41,435 nucleotides of DNA from positions 1 to 41,435 of the IMG/VR virus record IMGVR_UViG_3300045988_025362, one strand, 5' to 3'. Source of the DNA: a virus. Below the pieces are notes generated by a model that saw only the letters and a program-made list of their open reading frames with translations, ran no database searches and was not told the origin of the DNA. Of this stretch, positions 6,545-15,948 are shown in pieces; position 1 is the stretch's first letter, and each line of letters begins with the position of its first letter. Position numbers and translations under genes: made by a program.

Positions 6545-7324
6545 ATGAGCAATGAAATCCAGCGATTCGAGTTCAAGGGTGCATCATTACGCGCCCTGAC
6601 CGACGAAGCGGGGGAGCCTTGGTTCGTCGCCAAGGACGCATGTGACATCCTCGGCAATGACACAAATCATCTCCGCGAAGCTCTTGATGATGACGAAATC
6701 ACAAACCTCCGTAATTCGGAGGTTTGGAATCAGCCAGGGCGTGCGCCTCTCATCATCTCTGAGCCCGGCCTGTACAAGCTCATCATGCGTTCGCGGAAGC
6801 CGGAGGCGAAGGAGTTCCAACGTTGGGTGACGCATGAGGTGCTTCCGCAGATTCGCAAGACTGGCGGCTACATTCCAACCACGGACATGGATGATGACAT
6901 GACCATCCTCGCGAAGGCCGTGATGATCGGCCAACGCACCATGGAAACGCAGAAGCGACGCATCGCCGAACAGTACGAGCACATCAAGGCGTTGGAGCCG
7001 AAAGCGCGGTTCGCGGACGCGGTGGCCGCGTCGGACGGCACGTGCCTCATCGGAGAACTCGCGAAGATGCTGCGCCAGAACGGTTTGAATATCGGCCAGA
7101 ACCGACTGTTCGAGATTCTCCGGCAGGACGGTTATCTCGGCAAGACCGGCTCGAACCGCAACGTGCCGACCCAGAAGGCCATGGACTTGGGACTGTTCCG
7201 CATCAAGGAAACCGCCATCACCCATTCGGACGGGCACGTGACCATCAACCGCACCGCGAAGGTCACCGGCAAAGGCCAGACGTACTTCATCAGCCGCTAC
7301 TGCCCACCCGCCGACGATGAGTGA
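6545..7324 (+). CDS. Phage antirepressor (Bro-N domain plus KilAC/ANT C-terminal domain)
   Basis: The Bro-N signature reads FEFKGASLRALTDEAGEPWFVAKDACDILG...PGLYKLIMRSRKPEAKEFQRWVTHEVLPQIRKTG. The C-terminal part reads KARFADAVAASDGTCLIGELAK. Confidence 0.85.
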   Translation: MSNEIQRFEFKGASLRALTDEAGEPWFVAKDACDILGNDTNHLREALDDDEITNLRNSEVWNQPGRAPLIISEPGLYKLIMRSRKPEAKEFQRWVTHEVLPQIRKTGGYIPTTDMDDDMTILAKAVMIGQRTMETQKRRIAEQYEHIKALEPKARFADAVAASDGTCLIGELAKMLRQNGLNIGQNRLFEILRQDGYLGKTGSNRNVPTQKAMDLGLFRIKETAITHSDGHVTINRTAKVTGKGQTYFISRYCPPADDE

Positions 7325-7538
7325 CGATCTGCTCACGCCAGGCGAACTGGCCGTCATGCTCGGCATGAGCGTGCGCACCCTTGCCAATTGGCGGAGTACC
7401 GGCAAGGGGCCGCCGTACTTGAAAATCGGCGTGGAACCGCCAGAAGGCCATCAGGACAGGCGCAAGGTCAGATACCAACGTCAAGTCGCGGAAAAGTGGG
7501 CATTGGCGCACAGGTATCAAAGGACGGTGGCGAGATGA
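7317..7538 (+). CDS. MerR/excisionase-family HTH protein (candidate Xis/RDF)
   Basis: LTPGELAVMLGMSVRTLANWRSTGKGPPYLKIG is typical of the excisionase-type HTH. Confidence 0.6.
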   Translation: MSDDLLTPGELAVMLGMSVRTLANWRSTGKGPPYLKIGVEPPEGHQDRRKVRYQRQVAEKWALAHRYQRTVAR

Positions 7539-7714
7539 AAAACGGCATGTTCGTTCCAGTGACACGGATACAGAGCAGTCCAAATGTCACAAGCGACGGG
7601 AAAGCACGCGTCGACACCGGCAAACCGACCCTCACGCAGCAAGGAATCGACATGGACAAGTTCATTCGCGAAAACCACGCGCTCATCGAAAAACTCAGAA
7701 AGGGAACGAATTGA
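7535..7714 (+). CDS. Hypothetical protein
   Basis: ATGA overlap with the previous gene. 59 aa. Confidence 0.45.
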   Translation: MKNGMFVPVTRIQSSPNVTSDGKARVDTGKPTLTQQGIDMDKFIRENHALIEKLRKGTN

Positions 7715-8295
7715 AACACGAATACACGGACAGTGAACTCGCCGAACTGAAAAACATTTACGACGAGCAAGGCGAAGCCGGCCTCAGCATCACCGAAATG
7801 CGGGCGTTACGCAAGGCCGGACTCCTCACGCAAGGCCTTCCGGCGAAACCGGAGGAACCGTCGAAACGCGATCTCATCCTCGCGCACTGCCAAAAACGCA
7901 TCGACCAAGGCCAACCGTTCGACGGCAAGGAAACCGCCGAAACGCTCGGCCTGAGCCAGAAAACAGTCGGCAACATTCTCAGCCAACTCCGCAAGGAAGG
8001 ACTGCTACCGGCCTTTGATAAGCATTCGCCGCGCAAAACACGAGAAACAACCACAACCGGAAAGAAGGAAGAAATCATGACCGCCGTCACAGTCCAGGAA
8101 CAGAAGCCACAGTCCGAAACGGAGAACCCACGCGCCGTCATCGTGAACGCGCTGGTTAATATTTACGACTCCATTTCAGCATTGCAGCGTGCCGCATACC
8201 ATGCCAACGACAAAGTCGTCTACGGATTCGCCACCAAGCTGCTGAACGGCGAATTGATGGACATTAAGGCCAATTACTCGAAGGACGCAAAATGA
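7711..8295 (+). CDS. Hypothetical protein with a probable wHTH segment
   Basis: The TTG start overlaps the preceding stop and has RBS aaaggga. The segment ETAETLGLSQKTVGNILSQLRKEGLL is HTH-like. Confidence 0.55.
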   Translation: MKHEYTDSELAELKNIYDEQGEAGLSITEMRALRKAGLLTQGLPAKPEEPSKRDLILAHCQKRIDQGQPFDGKETAETLGLSQKTVGNILSQLRKEGLLPAFDKHSPRKTRETTTTGKKEEIMTAVTVQEQKPQSETENPRAVIVNALVNIYDSISALQRAAYHANDKVVYGFATKLLNGELMDIKANYSKDAK

Positions 8296-8450
8296 AGCTC
8301 AATTTCGATAGCAAGGACTGCGTTTTCACCGTCAAGGCCGAGAACAAGGAAGAAATCACCCGACTCAAAATGTCCGCGATGGACATCGCAAATCTGATTG
8401 TCAATTACTTCGATGCCGAAATTCAGGAAGTGAAAGTGGAGAAGAAATGA
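8292..8450 (+). CDS. Small hypothetical protein (52 aa)
   Basis: ATGA overlaps at both ends place it within the operon. Confidence 0.45.
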   Translation: MKLNFDSKDCVFTVKAENKEEITRLKMSAMDIANLIVNYFDAEIQEVKVEKK

Positions 8451-9412
8451 AGCGTATTCCCCTCAAGGACACGGAACGCTACACGGTCGAGCGGTTCAGG
8501 CAGTGCAAGAAGACGGAACGTCATCTCGCGTGGTTGAAGAGCCGTAAGGCTGGTGTGGGCGGCTCGGACATGAGCACGATCCTCGGCCTTAACGCTTTCA
8601 AAACGCCTTACGAATTGTGGCTTGAGAAGACCGGCCGCGTGGAACCGGAGGACATCTCCGACAAGTGGGCCGTCATTCGCGGCAATGCCTTGGAGAACGA
8701 GCTCAGGAAACGATTCCGCGCCAATCATCCGGAAATGCTCGTCACGGACGGTACGGACAAGCAGTTCATCGCCCGCGAGAGGCCATACCTGCGAGCTTCC
8801 CTTGACGGCATCCTGCAAAGGGAGGACGGAAGTTTTGGAATCCTCGAAATCAAAACGGCTGGTAACCGTCGAGCGGGGGACTGGCATGACGAGGACGGCA
8901 ACCTCCGGATTCCGCCTTACTATCTCGCTCAAGTCGAGTTCTACGCGCTCGTCACTGGATGGATGTGGGGCTACGTGTACGCGGCCATCGGAGACGACGA
9001 GCCGGTGGAAATACCGTTCGAGGCCGACGTGGAGGATATGGCCGCGATCGACAAGGCCGCAGCCGATTTCTGGCGTTTCGTCACCACCGACACGCCACCG
9101 CAGCTCACCACAGGCGGGGACGTGCAGAAGGCGTTCCCGGAACCAACGCCGGACATTGTGGACGAAAGCGACGACGATGACCTCTACGACCTGCTCGCAA
9201 GATACGAGAGCACGTCCAACCGCGCGAAGGAACTGACAAACGAGCAGAAGGCATTGCAGGAGCAGATCATCCTGCGCATCGGCTCGCATACGGGCGTGCG
9301 CTGCGGCAACCTCCAAGCCACCTACAAGCCGACGACCCGCAAGGAATACGTCGTCAAAGCCACCACATACCGCAAATTCGCATTCAAAGCCACCGAAGAA
9401 AAGGAGCAATAA
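8447..9412 (+). CDS. YqaJ/lambda-Exo-like recombination exonuclease (PD-(D/E)XK)
   Basis: The motifs GGSDMSTILGLN, LDGIL and GILEIKT are present. The gene sits immediately upstream of recT. Confidence 0.85.
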   Translation: MKRIPLKDTERYTVERFRQCKKTERHLAWLKSRKAGVGGSDMSTILGLNAFKTPYELWLEKTGRVEPEDISDKWAVIRGNALENELRKRFRANHPEMLVTDGTDKQFIARERPYLRASLDGILQREDGSFGILEIKTAGNRRAGDWHDEDGNLRIPPYYLAQVEFYALVTGWMWGYVYAAIGDDEPVEIPFEADVEDMAAIDKAAADFWRFVTTDTPPQLTTGGDVQKAFPEPTPDIVDESDDDDLYDLLARYESTSNRAKELTNEQKALQEQIILRIGSHTGVRCGNLQATYKPTTRKEYVVKATTYRKFAFKATEEKEQ

Positions 9413-9414
9413 TC

Positions 9415-10251
9415 ATGGGACAGATCGCACAGCAGGCGCAAGGACAGCAGATGGTCGAAATGACGCCGAAACGAAATCTGAAAATGATGATGAAGAAAAG
9501 CTGGCCGCGCATCGCCAGCGTCGTCGGCAACAACATCAGCCCCGACCGCCTCTATCAGATGTGTGTGTCCGCGATCAACAAGACGCCGAAACTCGCGGAA
9601 TGCTCGCCGCAAAGCGTGCTCTCCTGCTTCATGACCTGCAGCGCGCTCGGATTGGAACCGTCCAACGTGGACGGATTGGGACGAGCCTACGTGCTTCCCT
9701 TCTACAACAAGAAATCCGGCGGAATGGAAGCCACGTTCATCATGGGCTACCGTGGCATGATCGACTTGGCGCGACGTAGCGGCCAGCTCGTGGACATCAG
9801 CGCCCGAGCCGTGCACCAGGGAGACGAATTCTCATATTCGTATGGCCTTAACGAGGAGCTGCACCACGTGCCATGCGCCAACCCCGGCGAACTGACCCAC
9901 GTGTACATGGTCGCGCATTTCAAGGACGGTGGCCACTACTTCCTTGTCCTTAACCGTCAGGAGATCGAGCAGGCGAGGGCGCGCAGCAAGAGCGGCAATT
10001 TCGGCCCGTGGAAGACCGATTACGAGGCCATGGCGAAGAAGACCGCCATCCGTCGCGCCGCCCCGTACCTGCCTTTGACCGTGCAGGCGCAGACCGCCGT
10101 CGCCGCAGATGACATCACGCCTGACTACGGCGACGTGTTCCAACCGGTGCTCGATGACGATAGCGCCGATGAAGCCGATGACGTGACCGCCGAAGTCATG
10201 GAAGCGGATACGCCGGAGGATACCGAAGCCGACATGAAGGAGGCTGAGTGA
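9415..10251 (+). CDS. recT: RecT-family single-strand annealing protein
   Basis: Recognised segments are [36 protein letters not shown] and [14 protein letters not shown]. The C-terminus is acidic. Confidence 0.9.
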   Translation: MGQIAQQAQGQQMVEMTPKRNLKMMMKKSWPRIASVVGNNISPDRLYQMCVSAINKTPKLAECSPQSVLSCFMTCSALGLEPSNVDGLGRAYVLPFYNKKSGGMEATFIMGYRGMIDLARRSGQLVDISARAVHQGDEFSYSYGLNEELHHVPCANPGELTHVYMVAHFKDGGHYFLVLNRQEIEQARARSKSGNFGPWKTDYEAMAKKTAIRRAAPYLPLTVQAQTAVAADDITPDYGDVFQPVLDDDSADEADDVTAEVMEADTPEDTEADMKEAE

Positions 10252-10739
10252 TGGCAGGGGAGACCGTTATCACGATCGTCGGCAATCTGACCGCCGATCC
10301 GGAACTGCGCACGACTTCCGCTGGCGCGCAGGTCGCGTCGTTCACGATCGCCAGCACGCCGCGCTCCTGGAACCGTAATACGAACCAGTTCGAGGACGGT
10401 CAGGCTTTGTTCATGCGCTGTAGCGCGTGGCGCGACTTGGCCGAACATTGCGTGCAGAGCCTGGGCAAGGGCATGCGTGTGATCGCGCAGGGTCGTTTGC
10501 AGCAGCGTTCCTATCAGGCGCAGGACGGTTCCAACCGCACGGTCATCGAGTTGCAGGTGGATGAGATCGGCCCATCGCTCAAGTATGCGACGGCTCAGGT
10601 ACAGAAGATGCAGTCAGGCGGATACCAGGGCGGCAACGCCAACGGTGGCGGCTATCAGCAGCCGCAGCAGGCACAACAGCAGCCGCAGGCTCCGGCCGAT
10701 GATCCGTGGGGCGCGCCAGCCGGAGAGCCTGACTTCTGA
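10248..10739 (+). CDS. ssb: Single-stranded DNA-binding protein
   Basis: The OB-fold N-terminus reads [20 protein letters not shown]. It is followed by a Gly/Gln-rich linker and the acidic tip DDPWG..EPDF. Confidence 0.92.
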   Translation: MMAGETVITIVGNLTADPELRTTSAGAQVASFTIASTPRSWNRNTNQFEDGQALFMRCSAWRDLAEHCVQSLGKGMRVIAQGRLQQRSYQAQDGSNRTVIELQVDEIGPSLKYATAQVQKMQSGGYQGGNANGGGYQQPQQAQQQPQAPADDPWGAPAGEPDF

Positions 10740-10870
10740 TGCGCGAATGGATTGAGCCGCCGGATGTGGAACCGGTATGTCCGAGGCATGGGTGCGCGTT
10801 GTATCCGGCGCGCCCCATCCCATGCCCCGAATGCGAAATCGAAGCCGAGGAAGAGGAGGCCGACCAATGA
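10739..10870 (+). CDS. Small zinc-ribbon protein (43 aa)
   Basis: CPRHGC...CPEC motifs are present. The gene overlaps its neighbours (TGATG and ATGA). Confidence 0.45.
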   Translation: MREWIEPPDVEPVCPRHGCALYPARPIPCPECEIEAEEEEADQ

Positions 10871-11382
10871 GCGGCAAGCAACGCAAGCGCAGTCGCAAGA
10901 CCGCGAAGGATAACGGCACGCGCATGGAAACCGCCGTGGAATCCTATTTGCAGTGGGCTCTGGACGACCCGCGCATACAACGCCTCCGTTTGCATGGAAG
11001 CAAGGACATCGGGGACATCGGCAACGTGTACTGGCATGGCCAGCCCGTGTGCATCGAAGTGAAATGGACGCAGACCATGGACGCGCCGCAACATATGCGC
11101 GAGGCCGTCACGGAAGCGGGAAACATGGACTCGCCCTACCCGTGGGTCATCCAGAAGAAGGCAGGCGTGGGCCTCACGTCCATGCACAAGCTCGGACAAC
11201 AGCACGCCTACACCGTCACCGAAGTGATGGACGCGATGCTCAGGCTTTCACCATCGGCATTGCGCGCGCGAATCAAACCCGAACCATTGGGAAGGAAGAA
11301 AACCATGTGTCTAATCACATTGCAGGAGTTCGCATTGATACTCAACAGTGGATTGCCGCTCGGCCCGGACACGGAGGAATGA
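10867..11382 (+). CDS. PD-(D/E)XK nuclease, putative Holliday-junction resolvase-type
   Basis: 171 aa with the motif KDIGDIGNV...CIEVKW (D..ExK). The N-terminus is basic. The position after the recombination module fits a resolvase. Confidence 0.55.
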   Translation: MSGKQRKRSRKTAKDNGTRMETAVESYLQWALDDPRIQRLRLHGSKDIGDIGNVYWHGQPVCIEVKWTQTMDAPQHMREAVTEAGNMDSPYPWVIQKKAGVGLTSMHKLGQQHAYTVTEVMDAMLRLSPSALRARIKPEPLGRKKTMCLITLQEFALILNSGLPLGPDTEE

Positions 11383-11480
11383 TGGCTACGAACGTTACCC
11401 AGAAAGACAAGACGCTCAACGAGATCATCGACATAAGCCCGACCCCATACGACTGCAAGCCAATCGAGGACACGAAATGA
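11379..11480 (+). CDS. Very small hypothetical ORF (33 aa)
   Basis: It fills the gap between coupled genes with ATGA overlaps. There is no other support. Confidence 0.3.
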   Translation: MMATNVTQKDKTLNEIIDISPTPYDCKPIEDTK

Positions 11481-11962
11481 GCGCGTACCAACCTGTTCTT
11501 GACCCTGCTTGCGGCGGACGAATGTTCTGGTTCGACAAGTCAGACAGCCGTGTGCTCTTCGGTGACGTGCGCGACGAAAGTTGGGAACTATGTGACGGAC
11601 GCAGATTCGAAGTCAAGCCGGACATGCTGATGGACTACCGCGATCTGCCGTTCCCGGATGAGACGTTCCGTATGGTCGTGCTCGACCCACCACACTTGCG
11701 CAATGCGGGAGAGACGAGCTACATGGCGCAGAAATACGGATGCCTCGACCAAGAGACATGGAAAAACGACCTTAAGACCATGTTCAGCGAATGCTTTCGC
11801 GTATTGCAGCCTTGCGGAACGCTGATTTTCAAGTGGAACGAGACGCAGATACCCGTCTCTCAGATCCTCAAGCTCACCGACCATAAACCGCTCTTCGGCA
11901 ACAAACAGCCGAACCGCACCGGAACACATTGGATCGTCTTCATTAAGGAGGATACGGAATGA
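11477..11962 (+). CDS. Small orphan DNA methyltransferase (N6-adenine or N4-cytosine class)
   Basis: Motif I is VLDPACGGRMFWF. Motif IV is VVLDPPH. 161 aa. Confidence 0.75.
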   Translation: MSAYQPVLDPACGGRMFWFDKSDSRVLFGDVRDESWELCDGRRFEVKPDMLMDYRDLPFPDETFRMVVLDPPHLRNAGETSYMAQKYGCLDQETWKNDLKTMFSECFRVLQPCGTLIFKWNETQIPVSQILKLTDHKPLFGNKQPNRTGTHWIVFIKEDTE

Positions 11963-12438
11963 GTAGGGCTGATACCACCGCAATGCTGTCCGAGCTGGTG
12001 GAGAAGCGTCTGAAGAATCAGACCGCTTTTTGGGCGAGCGAGGTCAACTTCGACCGCAATACCCCTGACTATCGGCGAGTGGATTACGTGGGCTTCAAGC
12101 CATTGAACGTCAACGGCGAGCCGGTGCCCGCAAGCGTGGAGAAAGGCTGCTTCGGGTTCTACGAGGTGAAGTCATGCATGGCTGACTTCACGAGCGGCAA
12201 CGGCCTGACGTTCTACGGCGACCAGAACTATCTGGTCTGCACGAAGGAACTGTGCGACGAGATCGTATGGCAGAAGATGGTGCCGGAGCGCGTGAACGCG
12301 ATCCTTACCCCCGATTCGACCGGCTCGAAACTGATTCTCGGCCACGTGCAGTCATACAACGACCTGTCATACCGGAGGCGTCCGGCAAGCGAAATCCTCT
12401 GGGCAATGGTCAAAGCGAACGGAAAGAGGACAAATTGA
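11959..12438 (+). CDS. PD-(D/E)XK-superfamily nuclease (MmcB-like)
   Basis: RRVDYVGF...FYEVKSCMADF gives a D..EVK arrangement. ATGA coupling to the methyltransferase gene. Confidence 0.55.
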   Translation: MSRADTTAMLSELVEKRLKNQTAFWASEVNFDRNTPDYRRVDYVGFKPLNVNGEPVPASVEKGCFGFYEVKSCMADFTSGNGLTFYGDQNYLVCTKELCDEIVWQKMVPERVNAILTPDSTGSKLILGHVQSYNDLSYRRRPASEILWAMVKANGKRTN

Positions 12439-12752
12439 GCATCGCGGATGATGAAGCTGAGAAGGTATATCCGACCCGCTACTGGAGTGGAACGCGTGTC
12501 AAGGAACAGTTTTCCTGCGACACGGACGATTTGCAGGAAGCGTACCTGCGCGGACGCAACGCGCCACCGGCTGACGCCGAGGTCGAGGCCGTGGCGAGAA
12601 AACTGCTGTGGTGGGACATGGCACCAGCCTGGGAAGACGTCATGCCCAGTGAGGACTGCTTCTGGACTCTGGCCGAGCCGGAGATGCGAGCCAATTACAT
12701 CAGGGACGCTCGGGAAATGCTCGAAATCGCACGGAAGGCGGCAAACGAATGA
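12435..12752 (+). CDS. Hypothetical protein
   Basis: The TTG start overlaps the stop (TTGA) and has RBS ggaaagagga. 105 aa. Confidence 0.5.
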   Translation: MSIADDEAEKVYPTRYWSGTRVKEQFSCDTDDLQEAYLRGRNAPPADAEVEAVARKLLWWDMAPAWEDVMPSEDCFWTLAEPEMRANYIRDAREMLEIARKAANE

Positions 12753-12922
12753 GCAAGACGATCAAGTATGTGGAATGCGCCCACTGCGGAGAAGTCGTCG
12801 GCACATATTACGTGACCTGCCCCTACTGCGGCTACAAGCTGGCCGTGCGCAAGCCGACAAGCATGGATCCGCTGTATGGCATGACCGACGACGAATTCTA
12901 CCGTGAGCTCGGGAGCATGTGA
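12749..12922 (+). CDS. Small zinc-ribbon protein (57 aa)
   Basis: CAHCGE...CPYCGY motifs are present. ATGA overlap with the previous gene. Confidence 0.5.
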   Translation: MSKTIKYVECAHCGEVVGTYYVTCPYCGYKLAVRKPTSMDPLYGMTDDEFYRELGSM

Positions 12923-13027
12923 TGGAAGATGTTGGAATTCTTCCTTGGCCCCCCACCAAGCTTGGCGGAACTCGAAGAAGCTTTTGATTCGATGGACCAC
13001 GACGGAACAACAAGAGGAGATTAGGCG

Positions 13028-13858
13028 ATGGCTAGGCGCGGCTACGTGCAATTGGCGAACGGCTTCTACCTGAACCGGAAGGTACGCCGCCTGCGCCGCA
13101 CCATGCCCTCCGCGATAGGCGCATTCGTCGTCATGCTTTCCTACTGCGGCGACAATCTCACGGACGGCTACGTGGACGATGATACTGCGGAATTCGTGCT
13201 CGACATCACCGTGCAGGAGCTTGACGCATTGCAGCATGTCGGATTGATCGAGAGCGTGAATGGCGGCTATATCATCCACGATTATCTTGAGCACAACCGC
13301 AGCCGTCAGCAGGTCATGGCCAAACGCAAGCGTGAGCGCGAGCGGTATTCTGCCGAAAGTCTGCCGGCAGAAAGTGCGCAGACTGCCGGCAGAATCAAAA
13401 CAGAATCGGGACAAACACCAGAACACCAGAACACCAGAACACCAAAGAAAGAGAAAGAAGAATATTCTTCTTCTTTCTCCAAAGAAATCAGCCCGACCGA
13501 ATACGCCGACATGGCCGAAAAGGACGCGACCGACAGAACCATAGCCTCGGAATACACGAACCTCGACCTCACTGGCGCATGGAATGCATTCAACTCACGG
13601 CATTCCGGCGAAACACGCTCCGTCAACGACTGGACGCGCCTGTGGAAAGGCTGGTGCCAACGCAGAGCCAACATGAGCGGCATACCACCATCGAAACGCC
13701 ACATACACACGTGGCAGTGCGAACACGTCCTGCAAGCGCTCGGACGCGACAAGGAAACCGCCACACCAGACCAACAAGCCTGCCAGATGGCGAAACAACT
13801 CAACACAAGGAGCAGAACACGAAATGAACAGCAGAACTACCGGCAATCCAACGCCTGA
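13028..13858 (+). CDS. Putative replication organiser/initiator-like protein (N-terminal wHTH, low-complexity linker, C-terminal domain)
   Basis: An RBS aggag is present. The N-terminus YVQLANGFYLNRKVRRL...ELDALQHVGLIESVNGGYIIHDYLEHN resembles DnaD/replisome-organiser wHTH proteins. A repeat cluster lies inside the linker. Confidence 0.45.
   Translation: MARRGYVQLANGFYLNRKVRRLRRTMPSAIGAFVVMLSYCGDNLTDGYVDDDTAEFVLDITVQELDALQHVGLIESVNGGYIIHDYLEHNRSRQQVMAKRKRERERYSAESLPAESAQTAGRIKTESGQTPEHQNTRTPKKEKEEYSSSFSKEISPTEYADMAEKDATDRTIASEYTNLDLTGAWNAFNSRHSGETRSVNDWTRLWKGWCQRRANMSGIPPSKRHIHTWQCEHVLQALGRDKETATPDQQACQMAKQLNTRSRTRNEQQNYRQSNA
13361..13471. repeat. ori-like repeat cluster inside the replication gene
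   Basis: CTGCCGGCAGAA occurs twice (13361, 13383), each containing the palindrome CTGCCGGCAG. CAGAATC occurs twice (13390, 13401). ACACCAGA x3 plus ACACCAAA runs from 13415 to 13446. An AT-rich palindrome AGAAGAATATTCTTCT lies at 13456-13471. Confidence 0.6.
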
Positions 13859-14147
13859 AGAACTCGCCAAAGCATGGCAGGAAGGTTACGCCGCCGGTTG
13901 GAAAGACCAGGAATGCGATTTTCCGCAATATACAAGTGAAAACCCATACGAGCATTGGGACGGTTACCTCATCCGGCCGAAGGGTGATATGAGACGGTAT
14001 ACATGCCGAATGTACGAAACGCTCCAAGAGGCATCGGATGTGGCACAGGAGCGCGCCGACTCCAGCCACAGGCCTTACGAGGTGCTCGCAACCTGCGATA
14101 CCTCGCAGCGAATCATTAAGACCATCGAACCAAGGAAAAGCAAATGA
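13824..14147 (+). CDS. Hypothetical protein
   Basis: 107 aa. It overlaps the previous gene by 35 nt and has only one ATG. Confidence 0.5.
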   Translation: MNSRTTGNPTPEELAKAWQEGYAAGWKDQECDFPQYTSENPYEHWDGYLIRPKGDMRRYTCRMYETLQEASDVAQERADSSHRPYEVLATCDTSQRIIKTIEPRKSK

Positions 14148-14287
14148 AGAAAATACTCGAAAACATGATTATCAAATGGCATCAGGCCGGTTACACGCTC
14201 GACGAAATCGCGCCGCTCGTGCCGCAAGTGCCAAAAGCCGAAATCGCAGCGATAATCCACCAGTACGACAAGGAGGCCAGACTTTGA
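14144..14287 (+). CDS. Small HTH-like protein (47 aa)
   Basis: ATGA overlap with the previous gene. The segment WHQAGYTLDEIAPLV is HTH-like. Confidence 0.4.
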   Translation: MKKILENMIIKWHQAGYTLDEIAPLVPQVPKAEIAAIIHQYDKEARL

Positions 14288-15036
14288 CCGACTGCCAGCA
14301 CTGCCACAAGCCAATGAAACCGGCATCGGCGAACATGCTCTGCCAGAACTGCCGTGAAACCTACTGGACGCTCATCCGCCAGCTCGGCCATGTCCAACTG
14401 CCCGCCCTGCGAAGCATCATGCTCCGACAGGTCAGCATCGGAACCCCAGAACACGCGCCAAGCCGAGGCAACGCGCCACTCCCGATCAACACCCGCGCGC
14501 AGGACCTTATCGCAGACAGCGAAGCATGGCTGGCCGAACAAGCAGGGAAAATCAGAGCGGCATACGCTGGATACGACTGGCGGAAAGCATGGTATGCCAT
14601 CATCAGCAACCGGCACACCATCCTCAACATGAGCACAGCAGCAGACGACTACGCCGCCCTGGAACGCATCGTCAGACGCAACGAGCAAGCCCTCACACCA
14701 GAAGAGGCCATGGTCATCATCGGCACCTGCCCAAAATGCGGCCACCAAGCCACCAGCACGCCACAAGCCGAAACATGGACATGCCCAGACTGCAAGTGGC
14801 AAGGCGGAGTCCAAGCCATCAAAGCCGAACGCGACAACAAACTCTGGCAACTCGAATACACCGGAAAACCAGTCGAAGTAGCACGCTACCTCGCCAAAAT
14901 GGACATCCACTGCACCAGCAGCCAGATCCGCCAATGGCTCACCAGAGGCAAACTGCACGCCACGCCGACAAAACACAAAGGAGAGTACGTGTTCAACCTC
15001 GGAGAAATAACCGCCATGCTTGACTGTCACAATTAA
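14284..15036 (+). CDS. Hypothetical Zn-ribbon/HTH protein (possible late regulator)
   Basis: The TTG at 14284 overlaps the stop (TTGA); an alternative ATG lies at about 14314. CxxC pairs are CQHC..CQNC and CPKC..CPDC. The C-terminus VEVARYLA...IRQWLTRGKL...GEYVFNLGEI is excisionase-type HTH-like. Confidence 0.55.
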   Translation: MTDCQHCHKPMKPASANMLCQNCRETYWTLIRQLGHVQLPALRSIMLRQVSIGTPEHAPSRGNAPLPINTRAQDLIADSEAWLAEQAGKIRAAYAGYDWRKAWYAIISNRHTILNMSTAADDYAALERIVRRNEQALTPEEAMVIIGTCPKCGHQATSTPQAETWTCPDCKWQGGVQAIKAERDNKLWQLEYTGKPVEVARYLAKMDIHCTSSQIRQWLTRGKLHATPTKHKGEYVFNLGEITAMLDCHN

Positions 15037-15066
15037 AATGCTATACTGTCGTATGTTTGTAGAATG

Positions 15067-15102
15067 AAATGGTCCAGCCAGAAAATGGTTTGGACCATTT
15101 TT
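15067..15102 (+). terminator. Rho-independent terminator ending the early/middle operon
   Basis: aaatggtcca (15067-15076) pairs with tggaccattt (15091-15100) to give a perfect 10-bp stem followed by a T-run. Confidence 0.7.
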
Positions 15103-15272
15103 CATATCCAGCTTCGATAGCTCAACGGCAGAGCAGGCGGAATAGCACAAAATACCAACGGTCGGACCCCAGCCAACCATGGCACCATACCGCACACAAC
15201 CATGATGACAACAACGCATTCCACCCACGCCGGTCCGACTCCGGCACGAAGCACTTACAAGGCGGTGACCAC

Positions 15273-15578
15273 ATGCCAAGAGTCCGCAAGACCACACGCC
15301 AATTCGAAAAAGACAAGGCCGCATTCTTCGCGGAGTGCAAAGCACGGCATGCGGTCTGCTGGCTCTGCGGAATGCCAATCGACTACGCCGCCGAAAAGAA
15401 CACGAGCGACGAATCATACAATCTTGACCACCTCTACCCGGTTTCCAAACACCAAGAACTTCAATTCGACCCAGCAGGCTTCCGACCAAGCCACACCAGC
15501 TGCAACAGGCTCAGAGGCAACCAAGACCCACCAACACCAATCGGCACACTCTCAAGACAATGGATAAAGACAGCATAA
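15273..15578 (+). CDS. HNH endonuclease (terminase-associated)
   Basis: CWLCGMPIDY...NLDHLYPVSKH...SHTSCNRLRGN forms an HNH/Zn motif. The position just upstream of the terminase genes fits. Confidence 0.85.
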   Translation: MPRVRKTTRQFEKDKAAFFAECKARHAVCWLCGMPIDYAAEKNTSDESYNLDHLYPVSKHQELQFDPAGFRPSHTSCNRLRGNQDPPTPIGTLSRQWIKTA

Positions 15579-15589
15579 GCAAGGAGGCA

Positions 15590-15856
15590 ATGATGCCACA
15601 GCAGCCAGTCACACTAGAGCTCACCGCCACAATCAGCGACAAGACATTCCCAATCAGCTCCTTCACCGTCAACATCCCAATCAACGTCACCCACAACGAA
15701 GTCAACACCTTCAAGGTCGGCGACACATACACCACACTCATCACCCCAAAGCCACCAAGCACAGACGAACTCATCACACGATTCACAAACGCAATCAAAG
15801 CATTCACAACAGCATTCGAAACCAACCCCGACGGGAAAGGGGCGGTGAAATCCTAA
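15590..15856 (+). CDS. Hypothetical protein
   Basis: A strong RBS aaggagg (15581-15587) precedes ATGATG. The 15560 start would overlap the HNH gene. Confidence 0.5.
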   Translation: MMPQQPVTLELTATISDKTFPISSFTVNIPINVTHNEVNTFKVGDTYTTLITPKPPSTDELITRFTNAIKAFTTAFETNPDGKGAVKS

Positions 15857-15948
15857 AAACCACCCCGAACCGACCCACTGCCCGCGTGGTTGCTCTTCCT
15901 CTCCCCGATAATGTTTTTTGTTGATGGGTCGCGCGCGAAGGAGGCTCT

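Noticed and set aside
15111-15135. gcttcgatagctcaacggcagagca looks like a tRNA acceptor 5' strand plus a near-consensus D-arm, so a phage-encoded tRNA was considered.
   Set aside because: No complementary anticodon stem follows (ggcgg / caaaa do not pair). There is no GTTCRANYC T-loop and no matching 3' acceptor strand within 100 nt. At most it is a tRNA-derived fragment. The 15103-15272 gap may instead hold the cos/packaging region, which I cannot define.
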